In this document: one piece after another, positions 30,753-40,869 of the stretch
Position numbering within the stretch: position 1 is the first letter of the stretch
Layout: the number at the start of each line of letters is the position of its first letter
Origin: Alphaproteobacteria bacterium
Lineage (GTDB): Bacteria > Pseudomonadota > Alphaproteobacteria > CALKHQ01
Direction: 5' to 3'
DNA length: 64,000 nt
Assembly: GCA_965227515.1 (NCBI GenBank)
Contig: CBDDFZ010000001.1
Span: 2,208,001-2,272,000, forward strand
The notes under the pieces: generated by a model
The model's database searches: none
What the model was told of the DNA's origin: nothing
The model's input: only the letters and a program-made list of their open reading frames with translations
Position numbers and translations under genes: made by a program

Positions 30753-31988
30753 ATGACCCCAGCGCAAGCCGCCGCCAATGCAGAGGCGCCGGCGTCCAGC
30801 AAGCCCGCCACCCGACCGACGTTCGCGTGGGAAGACCCATTGCTGCTGGAAGACCAGCTGGAGGAGGACGAGCGCCTGGTGCGCGACACCGCGCGCGACT
30901 ACTGCCAGGAAAAGCTGATGCCGCGCGCGCTGCAGGCGCACCGCGAGGAGCGGTTCGACCGCGAGATCATGAACGAGCTGGGCGCGCTCGGCATGCTGGG
31001 GTCGACGCTGCCCGAAGAGTATGGCTGCGCCGGCGTCAACCACGTCTGCTACGGCCTGGTGGCGCGCGAGGTGGAGCGGGTCGATTCCAGCTACCGCTCG
31101 GCGCTCAGCGTCCAGTCCAGCCTGGTTATGCACCCGATCCACGCCTATGGCTCCGAGGAGCAACGCCGGAAGTACCTGCCCAAGCTTGCCACCGGCGAGT
31201 GGGTCGGCTGCTTCGGGCTGACCGAGCCGGACTTCGGCTCCGACGCCGGCGGCATGGCCAGCCGCGCGCGCAAGGTCGACGGCGGCTTCGTGCTGAAGGG
31301 CGCGAAGATGTGGATCACCAACTCGCCGATCGCCGACATCGCCGTGGTGTGGGCAAAGGACGAGGAGGGGGTCATCCGCGGCTTCATCCTGGAGCGCGCG
31401 ATGGAGGGGTTCTCCACGCCCAAGATCGAAGGCAAGTTCTCGCTGCGCATCTCCACCACCGGCGAGATCGTGATGGAGGACGTGTTCGTTCCGGAGGAGA
31501 ACCTGCTGCCCAACGTTAGTGGCCTGAAGGGGCCGTTCGGCTGCCTGAACAAGGCGCGCTACGGCATTGCCTGGGGCGCGCTGGGTGCGGCGGAGTTCTG
31601 CTGGCATGCCGCGCGAGAGTACACGCTGGAGCGCAAGCAGTTCGGCCGGCCGCTGGCCGCCAACCAGCTCATCCAGAAGAAGCTCGCCGACATGCAGACG
31701 GAAATCACCCTCGGCTTGCAGACCTGTCTGCGCCTGGGCCGGCTGATGGACGAGGGGCGCGGCGCGCCGGAGATGATCTCCATGCTCAAGCGCAACTCAT
31801 GCGGCAAGGCGCTGGAGATCGCGCGCACGGCCCGGGACATGCATGGCGGCAATGGCGTGGCCGACGAATATCACGTCATTCGCCACGTCATGAACCTGGA
31901 GGCCGTGAACACCTATGAGGGGACGCACGACATCCACGCGCTGATTCTGGGCCGCGCGCAGACCGGCCTGCAGGCATTTACCGGCTGA
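30753..31988 (+). CDS. gcdH: Glutaryl-CoA dehydrogenase
   Basis: [28 protein letters not shown] and [15 protein letters not shown] motifs. Confidence 0.92.
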   Translation: MTPAQAAANAEAPASSKPATRPTFAWEDPLLLEDQLEEDERLVRDTARDYCQEKLMPRALQAHREERFDREIMNELGALGMLGSTLPEEYGCAGVNHVCYGLVAREVERVDSSYRSALSVQSSLVMHPIHAYGSEEQRRKYLPKLATGEWVGCFGLTEPDFGSDAGGMASRARKVDGGFVLKGAKMWITNSPIADIAVVWAKDEEGVIRGFILERAMEGFSTPKIEGKFSLRISTTGEIVMEDVFVPEENLLPNVSGLKGPFGCLNKARYGIAWGALGAAEFCWHAAREYTLERKQFGRPLAANQLIQKKLADMQTEITLGLQTCLRLGRLMDEGRGAPEMISMLKRNSCGKALEIARTARDMHGGNGVADEYHVIRHVMNLEAVNTYEGTHDIHALILGRAQTGLQAFTG

Positions 31989-32124
31989 GCATTCGGCGCC
32001 GAGTCGCATTTTGCGCGCGCCGATTCGCAATTTGCATCGCAATTTGAGCGAAGTTGTCAGATTGCGTGACGTTTCGGCAGGCAAGACTTTTTCTGAATCA
32101 TTTTGAATCAAAGGCTTGTGCGCA

Positions 32125-32140
32125 CGGCATGCGGTTTGCT
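32125..32140 (+). promoter_or_regulatory. sigma54 -24/-12 promoter of pilin 1
   Basis: cGGcatgcggtttGCt (GG-N10-GC); exact IHF consensus aatcaaaggcttg at 32106-32118. Confidence 0.7.
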
Positions 32141-32197
32141 GTTGGGTAAACGAGAACTTGCCAGTGCGGCATGAACCAAGAATCAAGGAACGACGCG

Positions 32198-32401
32198 ATG
32201 TTCAAGCTCATCAAGCGCATGTTGCGGGAAGAGGAAGGCGTGACCGCCGTGGAATATGGCCTGATCGCCGCATTGGTGGCCGTGGCAGCCATTGGCGCCC
32301 TCAGCACCATGAGCGACAGCCTCTCCGGTCTGTTCGAGGAGGTCAGCCAACAGATCGACGCCCCGGTGGAAGAGGCAAGTGGTAGCGGCACCGGCGGCTG
32401 A
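32198..32401 (+). CDS. flp: Flp family type IVb pilin 1
   Basis: REEEG|VTAVEYGLIAALV prepilin motif; RBS aagga. Confidence 0.92.
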   Translation: MFKLIKRMLREEEGVTAVEYGLIAALVAVAAIGALSTMSDSLSGLFEEVSQQIDAPVEEASGSGTGG

Positions 32402-32433
32402 TCCGGCTGCCAGCGACATCGACGAAGGTCAAC

Positions 32434-32463
32434 GGGCCCGGCGGAAACGCCGGGCCTTTTTTT
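32434..32463 (+). terminator. Rho-independent terminator
   Basis: ggcccggcg-gaaa-cgccgggcc hairpin followed by a T run. Confidence 0.85.
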
Positions 32464-32650
32464 CGCCAACGCCGCAAGCAGGGTGAGGCCGGCGGCCCGG
32501 GTTTGGCCAGCCGGGTTTGGCCAGGCGGGTTTCATTCCGCAAACGCGGATTCGCGAAATGCAATGCGAAACATCAAAATTCTCGATGCAAATTGCCCGCA
32601 TGCGCATCAATCTTTCTTCGAAATCGTTGTTTTTCAATCGGTTGGCGGAT

Positions 32651-32665
32651 TGGCACATGGCTTGC
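32651..32665 (+). promoter_or_regulatory. sigma54 -24/-12 promoter of pilin 2
   Basis: TGGCAC-atggc-TTGC is an exact consensus match; IHF-like tttcaatcggttg at 32632-32644. Confidence 0.8.
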
Positions 32666-32732
32666 GACCATCACGGTATCCGGCCGCCGATGCGGTCGAC
32701 ATGATTGTTCCCCAACCGAAGGAATTACCTGA

Positions 32733-32930
32733 ATGCTGAAGATCCTGAAGCGCTTTGTCCGCAACGAAGAGGGCGCCACCGCCATTGAGTATGGCCTGAT
32801 CGCGGCCCTGGTGGCCGTTGCCGCCATCGGCGCGTTGGAAAGCATGGGCGGCAGCCTGAGCGGCGCGTTCACGGAAGTCGGCGATCAGCTCGATGCCGCC
32901 GTCACGGAATCCGAAGACACCAAAGGCTGA
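32733..32930 (+). CDS. flp: Flp family type IVb pilin 2
   Basis: RNEEG|ATAIEYGLIAALV prepilin motif. Confidence 0.95.
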   Translation: MLKILKRFVRNEEGATAIEYGLIAALVAVAAIGALESMGGSLSGAFTEVGDQLDAAVTESEDTKG

Positions 32931-33003
32931 TCCTGCTGACCGGTCATCGTCGCAACGCCCGGCACGGCGCGCGCCGATAGATCATAGATTCCTCCCCAAC
33001 TGT

Positions 33004-33033
33004 CGGGCCCGGCGGCAAAGCTGGGCCCGTTTT
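33004..33033 (+). terminator. Rho-independent terminator
   Basis: cgggcccggc...gctgggcccg hairpin followed by tttt. Confidence 0.65.
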
Positions 33034-33306
33034 CTTGATCGCCTGGCGGACGACGGCCTACGTGGGGGTGCCGTTCGTCACGCCAAGGCGTAGGAAGGGC
33101 CCGGCCTCACGGTCGGGCCCTTCATGCTGTGTGGGGCGGTGTGGGTTGGTGCCGACTCAGCGCAAGCAACGAATGATTTGGACGTCACCCAATGGGCCCG
33201 GCCACGTTTGGCAATTTGCGAAGCGATTCGTGACCCGGTTGCGTTTTGCAGTTTTGGCGAGCGGCCCGACATTACCAAAAGTAAATCAATTCAAAAGGTT
33301 AACGCA

Positions 33307-33322
33307 CGGCATGCGGCTTGCT
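33307..33322 (+). promoter_or_regulatory. sigma54 -24/-12 promoter of pilin 3
   Basis: cGGcatgcggcttGCt; IHF-like attcaaaaggtta at 33289-33301. Confidence 0.7.
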
Positions 33323-33391
33323 CCCTACAATTGTACTTAGGGGGAGCAGCCCTGGCGGGCTGCCGTTGACGACCAGGAAGGAACGACGCCG

Positions 33392-33625
33392 ATGCGCAAA
33401 GTGATGCGCCGACTGTTCAAGGAGGAGGGCGGTATCTCCGCCATCGAGTATGGCCTGATCGCGTCGCTGATTGCGGTGGCGGCTATTGGCGCGCTCGCCA
33501 ACATGGGGGGCAGCCTCTCCGACATCTTTTCCGACGTCGACTCGGATCTTGAGGTGGAGGCGCCGGCCGATGACGGCACCAACCGGAATTCGCCCGATGA
33601 GGAATTCACGACCAACGGCGGCTGA
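33392..33625 (+). CDS. flp: Flp family type IVb pilin 3
   Basis: KEEGG|ISAIEYGLIASLI prepilin motif; long acidic C-terminal tail. Confidence 0.9.
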   Translation: MRKVMRRLFKEEGGISAIEYGLIASLIAVAAIGALANMGGSLSDIFSDVDSDLEVEAPADDGTNRNSPDEEFTTNGG

Positions 33626-33665
33626 TTCCAGCGGCTGCTGATCGGCTGGCCTGGACGGCACCCCG

Positions 33666-34610
33666 TCAGGCCAGGCCCAGATCCGGCATTTCGGCGGTTG
33701 GTATGATCGCGCCTGGGTGCTGGATCACCGTGCCGGCCAGGGTGTGGCCAGCACGGGCCGCCACTTCGGCCGATGCACCCAGCAGCCGCGCGGCCAGATA
33801 GCCGGCATTGAAGCTGTCGCCGGCCGCGGTGGTGTCGACCGGCCGCGCGACGGGCTCTGTCGGCACCTCGCTGCGACCCTCGTCGCTCACCAGCAGGCAA
33901 CTCGCGCGGTCGCGTTTCACCACGATCTCGCGCACGCCATGGCCGTGCAGTCGCGCGATGGTCGCCTCGGGGTCGGCGTCGCCATAGAGCGCATGCTCGT
34001 CGTCGAAGGTGGGTAGCGCGATGTCGGTGCGCGTCAGCACCGCCGCGGCCGCCTGCTGCGCCGCTTCGATATCCGGCCAGCCCCGTGGGCGATAGTTGCC
34101 GTCGAACGCCACCTTGCCGCCGCGCGTGCGCACCCTATCCAGCAGGTCGTGCAACCGGTCCCGGCTTTCCTGGTCGTAGATCGAGAGCGTGATGCCGGAG
34201 ACATAGACCAGGTCGCATGCCTCCACCGCCTCCGAGATCCGGTCGATATCGGGTGCGCGCATCAGGTCGCGCGCGGCGGCGGCGTTGCGCCAATAGTGGA
34301 AGCTGCGTTCCCCCGCGTCGTCGGTCCTGATGGTGTAGAGCCCCGGCAGCCGGCCCGGCAGCCGCGCGATCAACGATGTGTCCAGCCCCTCGGCCCGCCA
34401 GCGGGCCAGCATTTCCTCCGAGTACGGATCGTCGCCTAGTGCCGTCACGTAGCTGACGTGGGCGCGCGCGGCCGGCAGGATCCGGCGCAGATAGGTCGCC
34501 GTGTTGAGCGTATCGCCGCCGTAGCCGAGGGCGCAGGTGCCGCCGTCGCGCACGAAGATTTCGACCATGCACTCGCCGATCGAGGCGATGGAGTGGGGCG
34601 TTTCGGGCAA
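33666..34610 (-). CDS. kdgK: 2-dehydro-3-deoxygluconokinase (PfkB family)
   Basis: IGECMVE, GGDTLNTA, GERSFHYWR and DTTAAGDSFNAG motifs. Confidence 0.88.
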   Translation of the reverse strand: MPETPHSIASIGECMVEIFVRDGGTCALGYGGDTLNTATYLRRILPAARAHVSYVTALGDDPYSEEMLARWRAEGLDTSLIARLPGRLPGLYTIRTDDAGERSFHYWRNAAAARDLMRAPDIDRISEAVEACDLVYVSGITLSIYDQESRDRLHDLLDRVRTRGGKVAFDGNYRPRGWPDIEAAQQAAAAVLTRTDIALPTFDDEHALYGDADPEATIARLHGHGVREIVVKRDRASCLLVSDEGRSEVPTEPVARPVDTTAAGDSFNAGYLAARLLGASAEVAARAGHTLAGTVIQHPGAIIPTAEMPDLGLA

Positions 34611-34640
34611 GGCTCGGTCCCTGATGGTGTCGCAGTGATG

Positions 34641-34804
34641 CTAGCGCATGTTTATTTCAGGCGGCACCGGCCCTCTCCCAAATCAATGCGGTCACGCATC
34701 CGCGCTCCCTTTTGGCACCCGGCACCCAGACAGGATACTACCGTTGGGCGGCCGGGTGGGGGAGAGGGCTGGCGCAGATTCAGCGTAAGCTGATTCTGAT
34801 CTAG
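34641..34804. repeat. CTAG-bounded palindromic repeat, copy B (core inverted, interrupted by about 36 nt)
   Basis: Loop agacaggatactaccgtt is the exact reverse complement of the copy A loop; extra sequence at 34680-34715 lies in the left arm. Confidence 0.7.
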
Positions 34805-34943
34805 CCTGTCCATGGCGCCGGGGCCATTGCGGCGATGAGCCGCTTGCCGCAATCGCCCGCCATCGTTATCACTCAGCCGCCGCTCAGGCGCGCGCGCGAC
34901 GGCATTGGGGGTCGCCGCGCCAACCAGCAAGGAGAGATGCGAC

Positions 34944-35498
34944 GTGTCGGTGATGCCCGACCACTGGATCCGGCAGATGGCCACCGAGGAGGGCATGATC
35001 GACCCGTTCGTCGACGGCCTGCGTCGCGAGGGCACGATCTCCTATGGCCTGTCGTCGTTCGGATACGACGCGCGGGTGGCCCGCGAATTCAAGATCTTCA
35101 CCAATGTGGACAGCGCCGTCGTCGACCCGAAGGACTTCCGCAACGAGGGCTTTGTGGAGCGCGAGACCGACGTTTGCGTTGTGCCGCCGAATAGCTTCGT
35201 GCTGGCGCGCACGGTGGAGTATTTCCGGGTGCCGCGCGACGTCATCGTCATCTGCCTCGGCAAGTCGACCTATGCGCGTTGCGGCATCATCGTGAACGTC
35301 ACGCCGCTGGAGCCGGAGTGGGAAGGCCACGTGACGCTGGAGTTTTCCAACACCACGCCCCTGCCGGCGAAGATCTACGCCAACGAGGGCGGGGCGCAGT
35401 TCCTGTTCCTGAAGGGCGACAGCCCTTGCGAGGTGTCCTACAAGGAGCGCGGCGGCAAGTACCAGGGACAAACGGGGGTAACGCTGCCGCGCCTGTAA
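34944..35498 (+). CDS. dcd: dCTP deaminase
   Basis: [27 protein letters not shown] and KYQGQ motifs; GTG start after ggaga. Confidence 0.95.
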   Translation: MSVMPDHWIRQMATEEGMIDPFVDGLRREGTISYGLSSFGYDARVAREFKIFTNVDSAVVDPKDFRNEGFVERETDVCVVPPNSFVLARTVEYFRVPRDVIVICLGKSTYARCGIIVNVTPLEPEWEGHVTLEFSNTTPLPAKIYANEGGAQFLFLKGDSPCEVSYKERGGKYQGQTGVTLPRL

Positions 35499-35528
35499 GG
35501 GGCTGCGGCTGGCGGGAACTGACACTTC

Positions 35529-36815
35529 ATGGACAAGATTTGCATCGAGGGCGGGCGGCCGCTGAAGGGCCGCATCGAGGTCAGTGGCGCGAAGAACGCG
35601 GCGCTGCCGCTGCTGACGGCAGCACTGCTGAGCGACCAGACGCTGACGCTGAAGAACCTGCCCCACCTGGCCGACATCACCACCCTGGTCGACCTGCTGA
35701 CCCAGCTCGGCGTCTCGTTCGCCATGGACGGCGACCCCGGCAATGGCGGGCATACCGGCCGGGTGATGACGGTGCACGCCAAGGAGATTCGCTCGACCAT
35801 CGCGCCCTATGACCTGGTGCGCAAGATGCGCGCGTCGGTGCTGGTGCTGGGGCCGCTGCTGGCGCGCTGCGGCACGGCGCGGGTCTCGCTGCCCGGCGGC
35901 TGCGCCATCGGCGCGCGCCCGGTCGACCTGCATCTGCAGGCGCTCGAAGCCCTGGGCGCGGAGATCGACCTGCGCGAAGGCTATGTCGAGGCGACGGCGC
36001 CGAAGGGGCTGGTCGGCGCGCCGATCACCTTCCCGCAAGTGTCGGTCGGCGCCACCGAGAACCTGCTGATGGCCGCGACCCTGGCGAAGGGGCAGACCGA
36101 GCTGATGAACGCGGCGCGCGAGCCGGAGGTTGCCGACCTGGCGCGCTGCTTACAGGCCATGGGCGCGAAGATCGAGGGCATCGGCACTGATCACCTGAAG
36201 ATCGAGGGCGTGACCTCGATGCAGCCGGCGGAGCACGCGGTCATCGTCGACCGCATCGAGCTCGGCACCTACATGATGGCCGCGGCGATCACCCGCGGCG
36301 ACGTGGAGCTGGTCGGCGGCCGGCTGGACCTGGTCGACGCTGCCGCAGATGCCCTGATGCGCGGCGGGGTCGGCATCGCGGAGACCGAGGCGGGCTTGCG
36401 CGTCTCGCTGCCCAACGGCACCCTGAACGGGGTCGATGTCATGACCGAGCCGTTTCCCGGCTTCCCCACCGACCTGCAGGCCCAGTTCATGGCGCTGATG
36501 TCCACCGCCTCGGGGGCCGCGATGATCACCGAGACGATTTTCGAGAACCGGTTCATGCACGTGCCCGAACTGACCCGCATGGGTGCCAACATCAACCTGC
36601 ATGGCTCGTCGGCCATGGTGCGCGGGGTCGACCGGCTCAATGCGGCACCGGTGATGGCGACCGATTTGCGCGCGTCGGTATCGCTCGTATTGGCCGGTCT
36701 TGCCGCAAAGGGTGAGACGACGGTCAATCGCGTCTATCATCTGGATCGCGGCTACGAGCACCTGGAACAGAAGCTGGCCGCGTGCGGTGCGCAGATCGCG
36801 CGCGTGCGCGACTGA
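35529..36815 (+). CDS. murA: UDP-N-acetylglucosamine 1-carboxyvinyltransferase
   Basis: [25 protein letters not shown] and HLDRGYE motifs. Confidence 0.98.
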   Translation: MDKICIEGGRPLKGRIEVSGAKNAALPLLTAALLSDQTLTLKNLPHLADITTLVDLLTQLGVSFAMDGDPGNGGHTGRVMTVHAKEIRSTIAPYDLVRKMRASVLVLGPLLARCGTARVSLPGGCAIGARPVDLHLQALEALGAEIDLREGYVEATAPKGLVGAPITFPQVSVGATENLLMAATLAKGQTELMNAAREPEVADLARCLQAMGAKIEGIGTDHLKIEGVTSMQPAEHAVIVDRIELGTYMMAAAITRGDVELVGGRLDLVDAAADALMRGGVGIAETEAGLRVSLPNGTLNGVDVMTEPFPGFPTDLQAQFMALMSTASGAAMITETIFENRFMHVPELTRMGANINLHGSSAMVRGVDRLNAAPVMATDLRASVSLVLAGLAAKGETTVNRVYHLDRGYEHLEQKLAACGAQIARVRD

Positions 36816-36850
36816 GCCTGCCAACCGGACAAGACGGACCAAAGGCCCAT

Positions 36851-37339
36851 ATGACATCGCCCCTGAAGATGATGGCCAAGGATGCCGAGGACCTGGAAGT
36901 GGTCTCGTCGGTGCTGCAGGACGCCCTGGTGCGGGTGGCCGATATGTCGTGGCGCGCCGACGAGCACCAGTTCATCCTGGTCGCCAACCGTTTCCGCTGG
37001 GAAGCGACCGGCGAGCGCGACGCCAAGGGCCCGATCCACGAGCGCGTGACATGCGGCGTGTGCGTCGGCCAGGTGCAGTCGGTCCAGCGGATGGGCATCG
37101 ACCCGCGCAACACGGGCGTGCTGTTGAACCTGCTGGCGGTCGAATACGAGCCGGCCAACGACGATGCCGCCCACGGCCACGTCACCTTCACCTTTGCCGG
37201 CGGCATGGCGGTGCGCCTGAACGTTTCCGAGATTGCCTGCCAGCTCGACGATTTCGGCCTGCCGTGGCCGACCCGCGCGCGGCCGGAGCACCCGCTGGAG
37301 AGCACGCCCGAGGCAGCACAGGGCGCGGGGGAAGACTGA
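36851..37339 (+). CDS. DUF2948 family protein
   Basis: EDLEVVSSVLQDA and NRFRWE motifs; conserved position after murA. Confidence 0.85.
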   Translation: MTSPLKMMAKDAEDLEVVSSVLQDALVRVADMSWRADEHQFILVANRFRWEATGERDAKGPIHERVTCGVCVGQVQSVQRMGIDPRNTGVLLNLLAVEYEPANDDAAHGHVTFTFAGGMAVRLNVSEIACQLDDFGLPWPTRARPEHPLESTPEAAQGAGED

Positions 37340-38034
37340 TGGCGATCTCGCGCACGCGCGACGGCATCGTCTTTGCCGTCCCGAAAGGCCGTATCCTGAA
37401 GCAGCTTCGCCCGCTGATGAACCATGCCGGGCTGGTGCCCGAGCCGGCGTTCGACGACCCCGACGAGCGCGCGTTGCAGTTCGCGACCCGCGATGCCGGC
37501 GTCTCGGTGGTGCGGGTGCGCAGCTTCGATGTCGCGACCTTCGTCGCCTTCGGCGCGGCCGATATCGGCGTGGTCGGCAACGACGTGCTGCTGGAGTTCG
37601 CCTACCGCGAGATCTATGCGCCGCTCGACCTCGGCATCGGGCGCTGCCGGCTGGCGGTGGCCTGCCCGCCGGCGGTGCTGGCGCAGGAGAAGCCGGAGGA
37701 GTGGAGCCACGTGCGCGTGGCCACCAAGTACCCGAACGCGACCCGCCGCCACTTTGCCGCCCGTGGTGTGCAGGCGGAATGCATCCATCTGAACGGCGCC
37801 ATGGAGCTGGCCCCGGGGCTCGGCATGTGCCGCCGGATCGTTGACCTGGTCGAGAGCGGGTCGACCCTGCGCGCCAACGGGCTGGTCGAGGTGGAGACGG
37901 TGGCGCAGGTGTCGTCGCGCCTGGTGGTCAACCGCGCGGCGCTGAAGACCCGTCCGGAGGCGATCGGCGGGTGGATCGACCGGTTTCGTGCCGCGGTCGA
38001 CGCCGCCCGGGCGCAGGCTCCGGCGAACGCCTGA
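37339..38034 (+). CDS. hisG: ATP phosphoribosyltransferase, short form
   Basis: AVPKGR, VATKYP, GAMELAP and IVDLVESGSTLRANGL motifs. Confidence 0.95.
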   Translation: MAISRTRDGIVFAVPKGRILKQLRPLMNHAGLVPEPAFDDPDERALQFATRDAGVSVVRVRSFDVATFVAFGAADIGVVGNDVLLEFAYREIYAPLDLGIGRCRLAVACPPAVLAQEKPEEWSHVRVATKYPNATRRHFAARGVQAECIHLNGAMELAPGLGMCRRIVDLVESGSTLRANGLVEVETVAQVSSRLVVNRAALKTRPEAIGGWIDRFRAAVDAARAQAPANA

Positions 38035-38037
38035 CAC

Positions 38038-38529
38038 ATGGCCGAGGCCGGCGCCGAGGAGAGCACCAGCCGCGTCACCGCCGTGGATGTGGCGGAGGAA
38101 CTGGCGCATGCGCGCGACCCCGATGCCGCCCACGCCATCAAGGTGGCGGCGTTCGACCTGGCCTATGAGAACAGCTTCCAGCCCGCCGATGGTCCGGCCG
38201 GGCCGTATCGGCTGGCGGTCGGCATTACCGACACCCGGCTGCGGCTCGACCTGACGACGGAGGACGGCGCGGCGGCCGGCAATGTCGGGCTGGCGATCGC
38301 GCCGCTCAGGCGGACCATCCGCGACTACGGCATCGTTTGCGACGCCTATGTCGATGCCATCCGCACCAAGACGCCGCAGCAGATCGAGGCCATCGACATG
38401 GGGCGGCGCGCGCTGCACGACGAGGCCGGCGAGATGCTGGTCGACCAGCTCGCACCGGGCGTGGAGATCGACGGCGCCACCGGGCGGCGCCTGTTCACCC
38501 TGGTCTACGCCCTGTTGCGGCGGCGATAG
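38038..38529 (+). CDS. UPF0262 family protein
   Basis: VAAFDL..ENSF, IEAIDMGRRALH and RRLFTL motifs. Confidence 0.85.
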   Translation: MAEAGAEESTSRVTAVDVAEELAHARDPDAAHAIKVAAFDLAYENSFQPADGPAGPYRLAVGITDTRLRLDLTTEDGAAAGNVGLAIAPLRRTIRDYGIVCDAYVDAIRTKTPQQIEAIDMGRRALHDEAGEMLVDQLAPGVEIDGATGRRLFTLVYALLRRR

Positions 38530-38533
38530 GGAT

Positions 38534-38965
38534 ATGCCGGCAGTTTCGGTGCTGTTTGCCTGCACGCGCAACACCTTGCGCTCGCCGATGGCGGCCGGCC
38601 TGCTGCGCGCCATGCACCGCGATCTTCATGTCGACAGCGTCGGCGTGGCGGTCGACCCCGACGAGCCCACCGATCCGTTCGTCATTGCCGTGATGGCGGA
38701 ACTGGGCATCGATCTCGCCCGTCACCACGCCAAGACCTTCGATGATATGGTCGACGGGTATTGCGACGTGATCGTGACCTTGTCGCCCGAAGCCCACGAA
38801 CGCGCATTGGAGGTGACCCGCACCGTGGACTGCGCGGTCGAATACTGGGAGACGCCGGACCCGTCCCAGGCGGGCGGCAACCGCGCGCAGCGGCTGGATG
38901 CCTATCGCACCGTGCGCGATGGGCTGGCCGCGCGCATTCGTGCGCGATTTCCTACAGATGGTTGA
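38534..38965 (+). CDS. Low-molecular-weight phosphatase / ArsC-like protein
   Basis: [12 protein letters not shown]-loop; W..PDP motif. Confidence 0.85.
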   Translation: MPAVSVLFACTRNTLRSPMAAGLLRAMHRDLHVDSVGVAVDPDEPTDPFVIAVMAELGIDLARHHAKTFDDMVDGYCDVIVTLSPEAHERALEVTRTVDCAVEYWETPDPSQAGGNRAQRLDAYRTVRDGLAARIRARFPTDG

Positions 38966-39539
38966 GACGCCGCAGCGCCTGGTGCTGGCCTCGGCCTCGC
39001 CGCGCCGGCTCGACCTGTTGGCGCAGCTTGCCATCGTGCCCGACGCAGTGGTGCCGGCCAATGTCGATGAGACGGTGCTGGCGGGCGAACTGCCACGCCA
39101 GCTCGCTGTGCGTCTCGCCGCCGACAAGGCACAGGCGGTCGCCGAAGCCGGGGCTTTCGTCCTCGGCGCGGACACCGTGGTGGCGTGCGGCCGGCGCATC
39201 CTGCCGAAAGCCGAGGATGAGCACACGGCGGCGGACTGCCTGCGCCTGCTGTCGGGCCGGGCGCACCGGGTCTATGGCGGCGTCTGCCTGGTTTGCCCGG
39301 ACGGCAAGGTGCTGACCCGGCTGGTGGAAACCCGCGTCAGCTTCAAGCGATTATCGGAGACGGAGGCGGCGGACTACATCGCCGCCGGCGAATGGCGCGG
39401 CAAGGCCGGCGGCTACGCGATCCAGGGCCGCGCCGCCGGGTTCGTGCGCCAGCTTGCCGGCTCCTACTCCAACGTCGTCGGCCTGCCGCTCTACGAAACC
39501 CGCGCGCTGCTCATAGGCGCCGGCTACCGCGCCGCCTGA
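38958..39539 (+). CDS. maf: Maf-like nucleoside triphosphate pyrophosphatase
   Basis: [23 protein letters not shown] and NVVGLP motifs. Confidence 0.95.
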   Translation: MVETPQRLVLASASPRRLDLLAQLAIVPDAVVPANVDETVLAGELPRQLAVRLAADKAQAVAEAGAFVLGADTVVACGRRILPKAEDEHTAADCLRLLSGRAHRVYGGVCLVCPDGKVLTRLVETRVSFKRLSETEAADYIAAGEWRGKAGGYAIQGRAAGFVRQLAGSYSNVVGLPLYETRALLIGAGYRAA

Positions 39540-39541
39540 CG

Positions 39542-40468
39542 ATGGCGCGTGCCATCGGCCCCGTCGACGTGCTGGTGGTTCGCGCGGACGCATCAGGCGT
39601 GTGGGCCGGCGCGGTGCGCGGCGGGCGGCTGGATGATCTCTCGATTGTCTATGCCGATGACCGGACGCGGGTCGGCGCGCGTTTCCTGGGCCGCGTGGTC
39701 AAGGTCGACAAGGCCCTGAACGCGGCCTTCGTCGACATCGGCGAGGCGCGCTGGGCGTTCCTGAAAGCCCATGCCGCCGACCCCACCGGCACATTGCCGC
39801 CGAAGATCGACCGGCGGGTGCACGAAGGCCAGTTGCTGGCGGTGCGGGTCGAGCGGCCGCCGTTCGACGACAAGGGCGCGCAAGTCTCGGTGGTGGAGGG
39901 CGCGCCTGCCGAGGGCGATATCGGGGGCCTGGATGCCGGGCCCGATCCCTTGGCTGCTGCAATCGCGCCGTTCCGGGAGGCCGGTATCGGCCGCGCGGTG
40001 GCCGGCGATGCCGCCACCAAGGTGCGGTTGCGCGGCCTGCTCAGTGAGAATGCCGAGGTGGAGGCAGCACCACCCGGCGGCGATCCGTTCGAATTGGCCG
40101 GTGTCGCCGACGATCTGGCTGCGGCCCAAGAGCCAACCATCGAGCTGCCCGGCGGCGGGCGGCTGACCATCGAGCAGACCCGCGCGTTGGTCGCGGTCGA
40201 TGTCGACAGTGGCGATGCAAATGAGCCTGCGCTGTCGGTCAATTGTGCCGCGGTGGAGAAGGTGGCGCGCCAGCTCCGTGTCCGCAATCTCGGCGGCACC
40301 ATCGTGGTCGATGCCATCAGCCTGCGCCGCCGGGGCGACCGCGACGCGGTCATCGACGCGTTCCGCCGCGCCCTCGCCAACGACCGACTGGCGGTCAAGG
40401 TGCTGGGCTGGACCCGGCTCGGCCTGATCGAGGTGCAGCGGGAGCGCACAGGGCAGGGTCTTATTTGA
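39542..40468 (+). CDS. rng: Short ribonuclease E/G family protein
   Basis: AAFVDIG (S1), VAVDVDSG, RQLRVRNLGGTIVVD and TRLGLIEV motifs. Confidence 0.82.
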   Translation: MARAIGPVDVLVVRADASGVWAGAVRGGRLDDLSIVYADDRTRVGARFLGRVVKVDKALNAAFVDIGEARWAFLKAHAADPTGTLPPKIDRRVHEGQLLAVRVERPPFDDKGAQVSVVEGAPAEGDIGGLDAGPDPLAAAIAPFREAGIGRAVAGDAATKVRLRGLLSENAEVEAAPPGGDPFELAGVADDLAAAQEPTIELPGGGRLTIEQTRALVAVDVDSGDANEPALSVNCAAVEKVARQLRVRNLGGTIVVDAISLRRRGDRDAVIDAFRRALANDRLAVKVLGWTRLGLIEVQRERTGQGLI

Positions 40469-40475
40469 GGAAGTC

Positions 40476-40550
40476 GGCACCGGCCCGCACCCCCACCCAG
40501 CCGCCCCAAGCATACTGTCGTTGGGTGGCTGGGTAGGGGCGCGGGCTGGC
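40476..40550. repeat. Palindromic repeat core, copy C
   Basis: ggcaccggcccgcacccccacccagccgcc...gggtggctgggtaggggcgcgggctggc; the loop reads aacgacagtat on the minus strand. Confidence 0.75.
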
Positions 40551-40580
40551 CCGGAATTCGGCGCAAATCACCCGGAAATC

Positions 40581-40609
40581 TTGACACCGCAGGGCGGCAT
40601 CCGTATCTC
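40581..40609 (+). promoter_or_regulatory. sigma70-type promoter of the tRNA
   Basis: TTGACA-N17-TATCTC about 50 nt upstream of the tRNA. Confidence 0.65.
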
Positions 40610-40660
40610 AGCACATCGAACGCACGGCGGCCCGTTCCGGGGACCGCCCTCGGCGCTCGT

Positions 40661-40736
40661 GGCGGATTAGCTCAGTGGTTAGAGCAGTGGAATCATAATC
40701 CATGTGTCCGGGGTTCAAATCCCTGATCCGCCACCA
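40661..40736 (+). tRNA. tRNA-Met (CAT), probably elongator
   Basis: Acceptor stem GGCGGAT/ATCCGCC, D arm GCTC/GAGC, anticodon loop ATCATAA, GGTTCAAAT T loop, encoded CCA. The paired G1-C72 argues against an initiator tRNA. Confidence 0.95.
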
Positions 40737-40869
40737 TTTTTTGCCCAGGTTCCGCTTTCACACACCAACATCCGCATCCCGCTGCCGCTTGGCGAGCCAT
40801 CGCCAATAGGTCATGGTCGCCTGAAATCGTGCGCCCGAACGCGACACGAAAGAAGGGGGAGGGCCGACC

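Noticed and set aside
33129-33168. G-rich stretch resembling a half copy of the CTAG repeat family (similar stretches at about 17126-17155 and 52432-52460)
   Set aside because: They are too degenerate to call by eye and lack the conserved loop and the partner arm.
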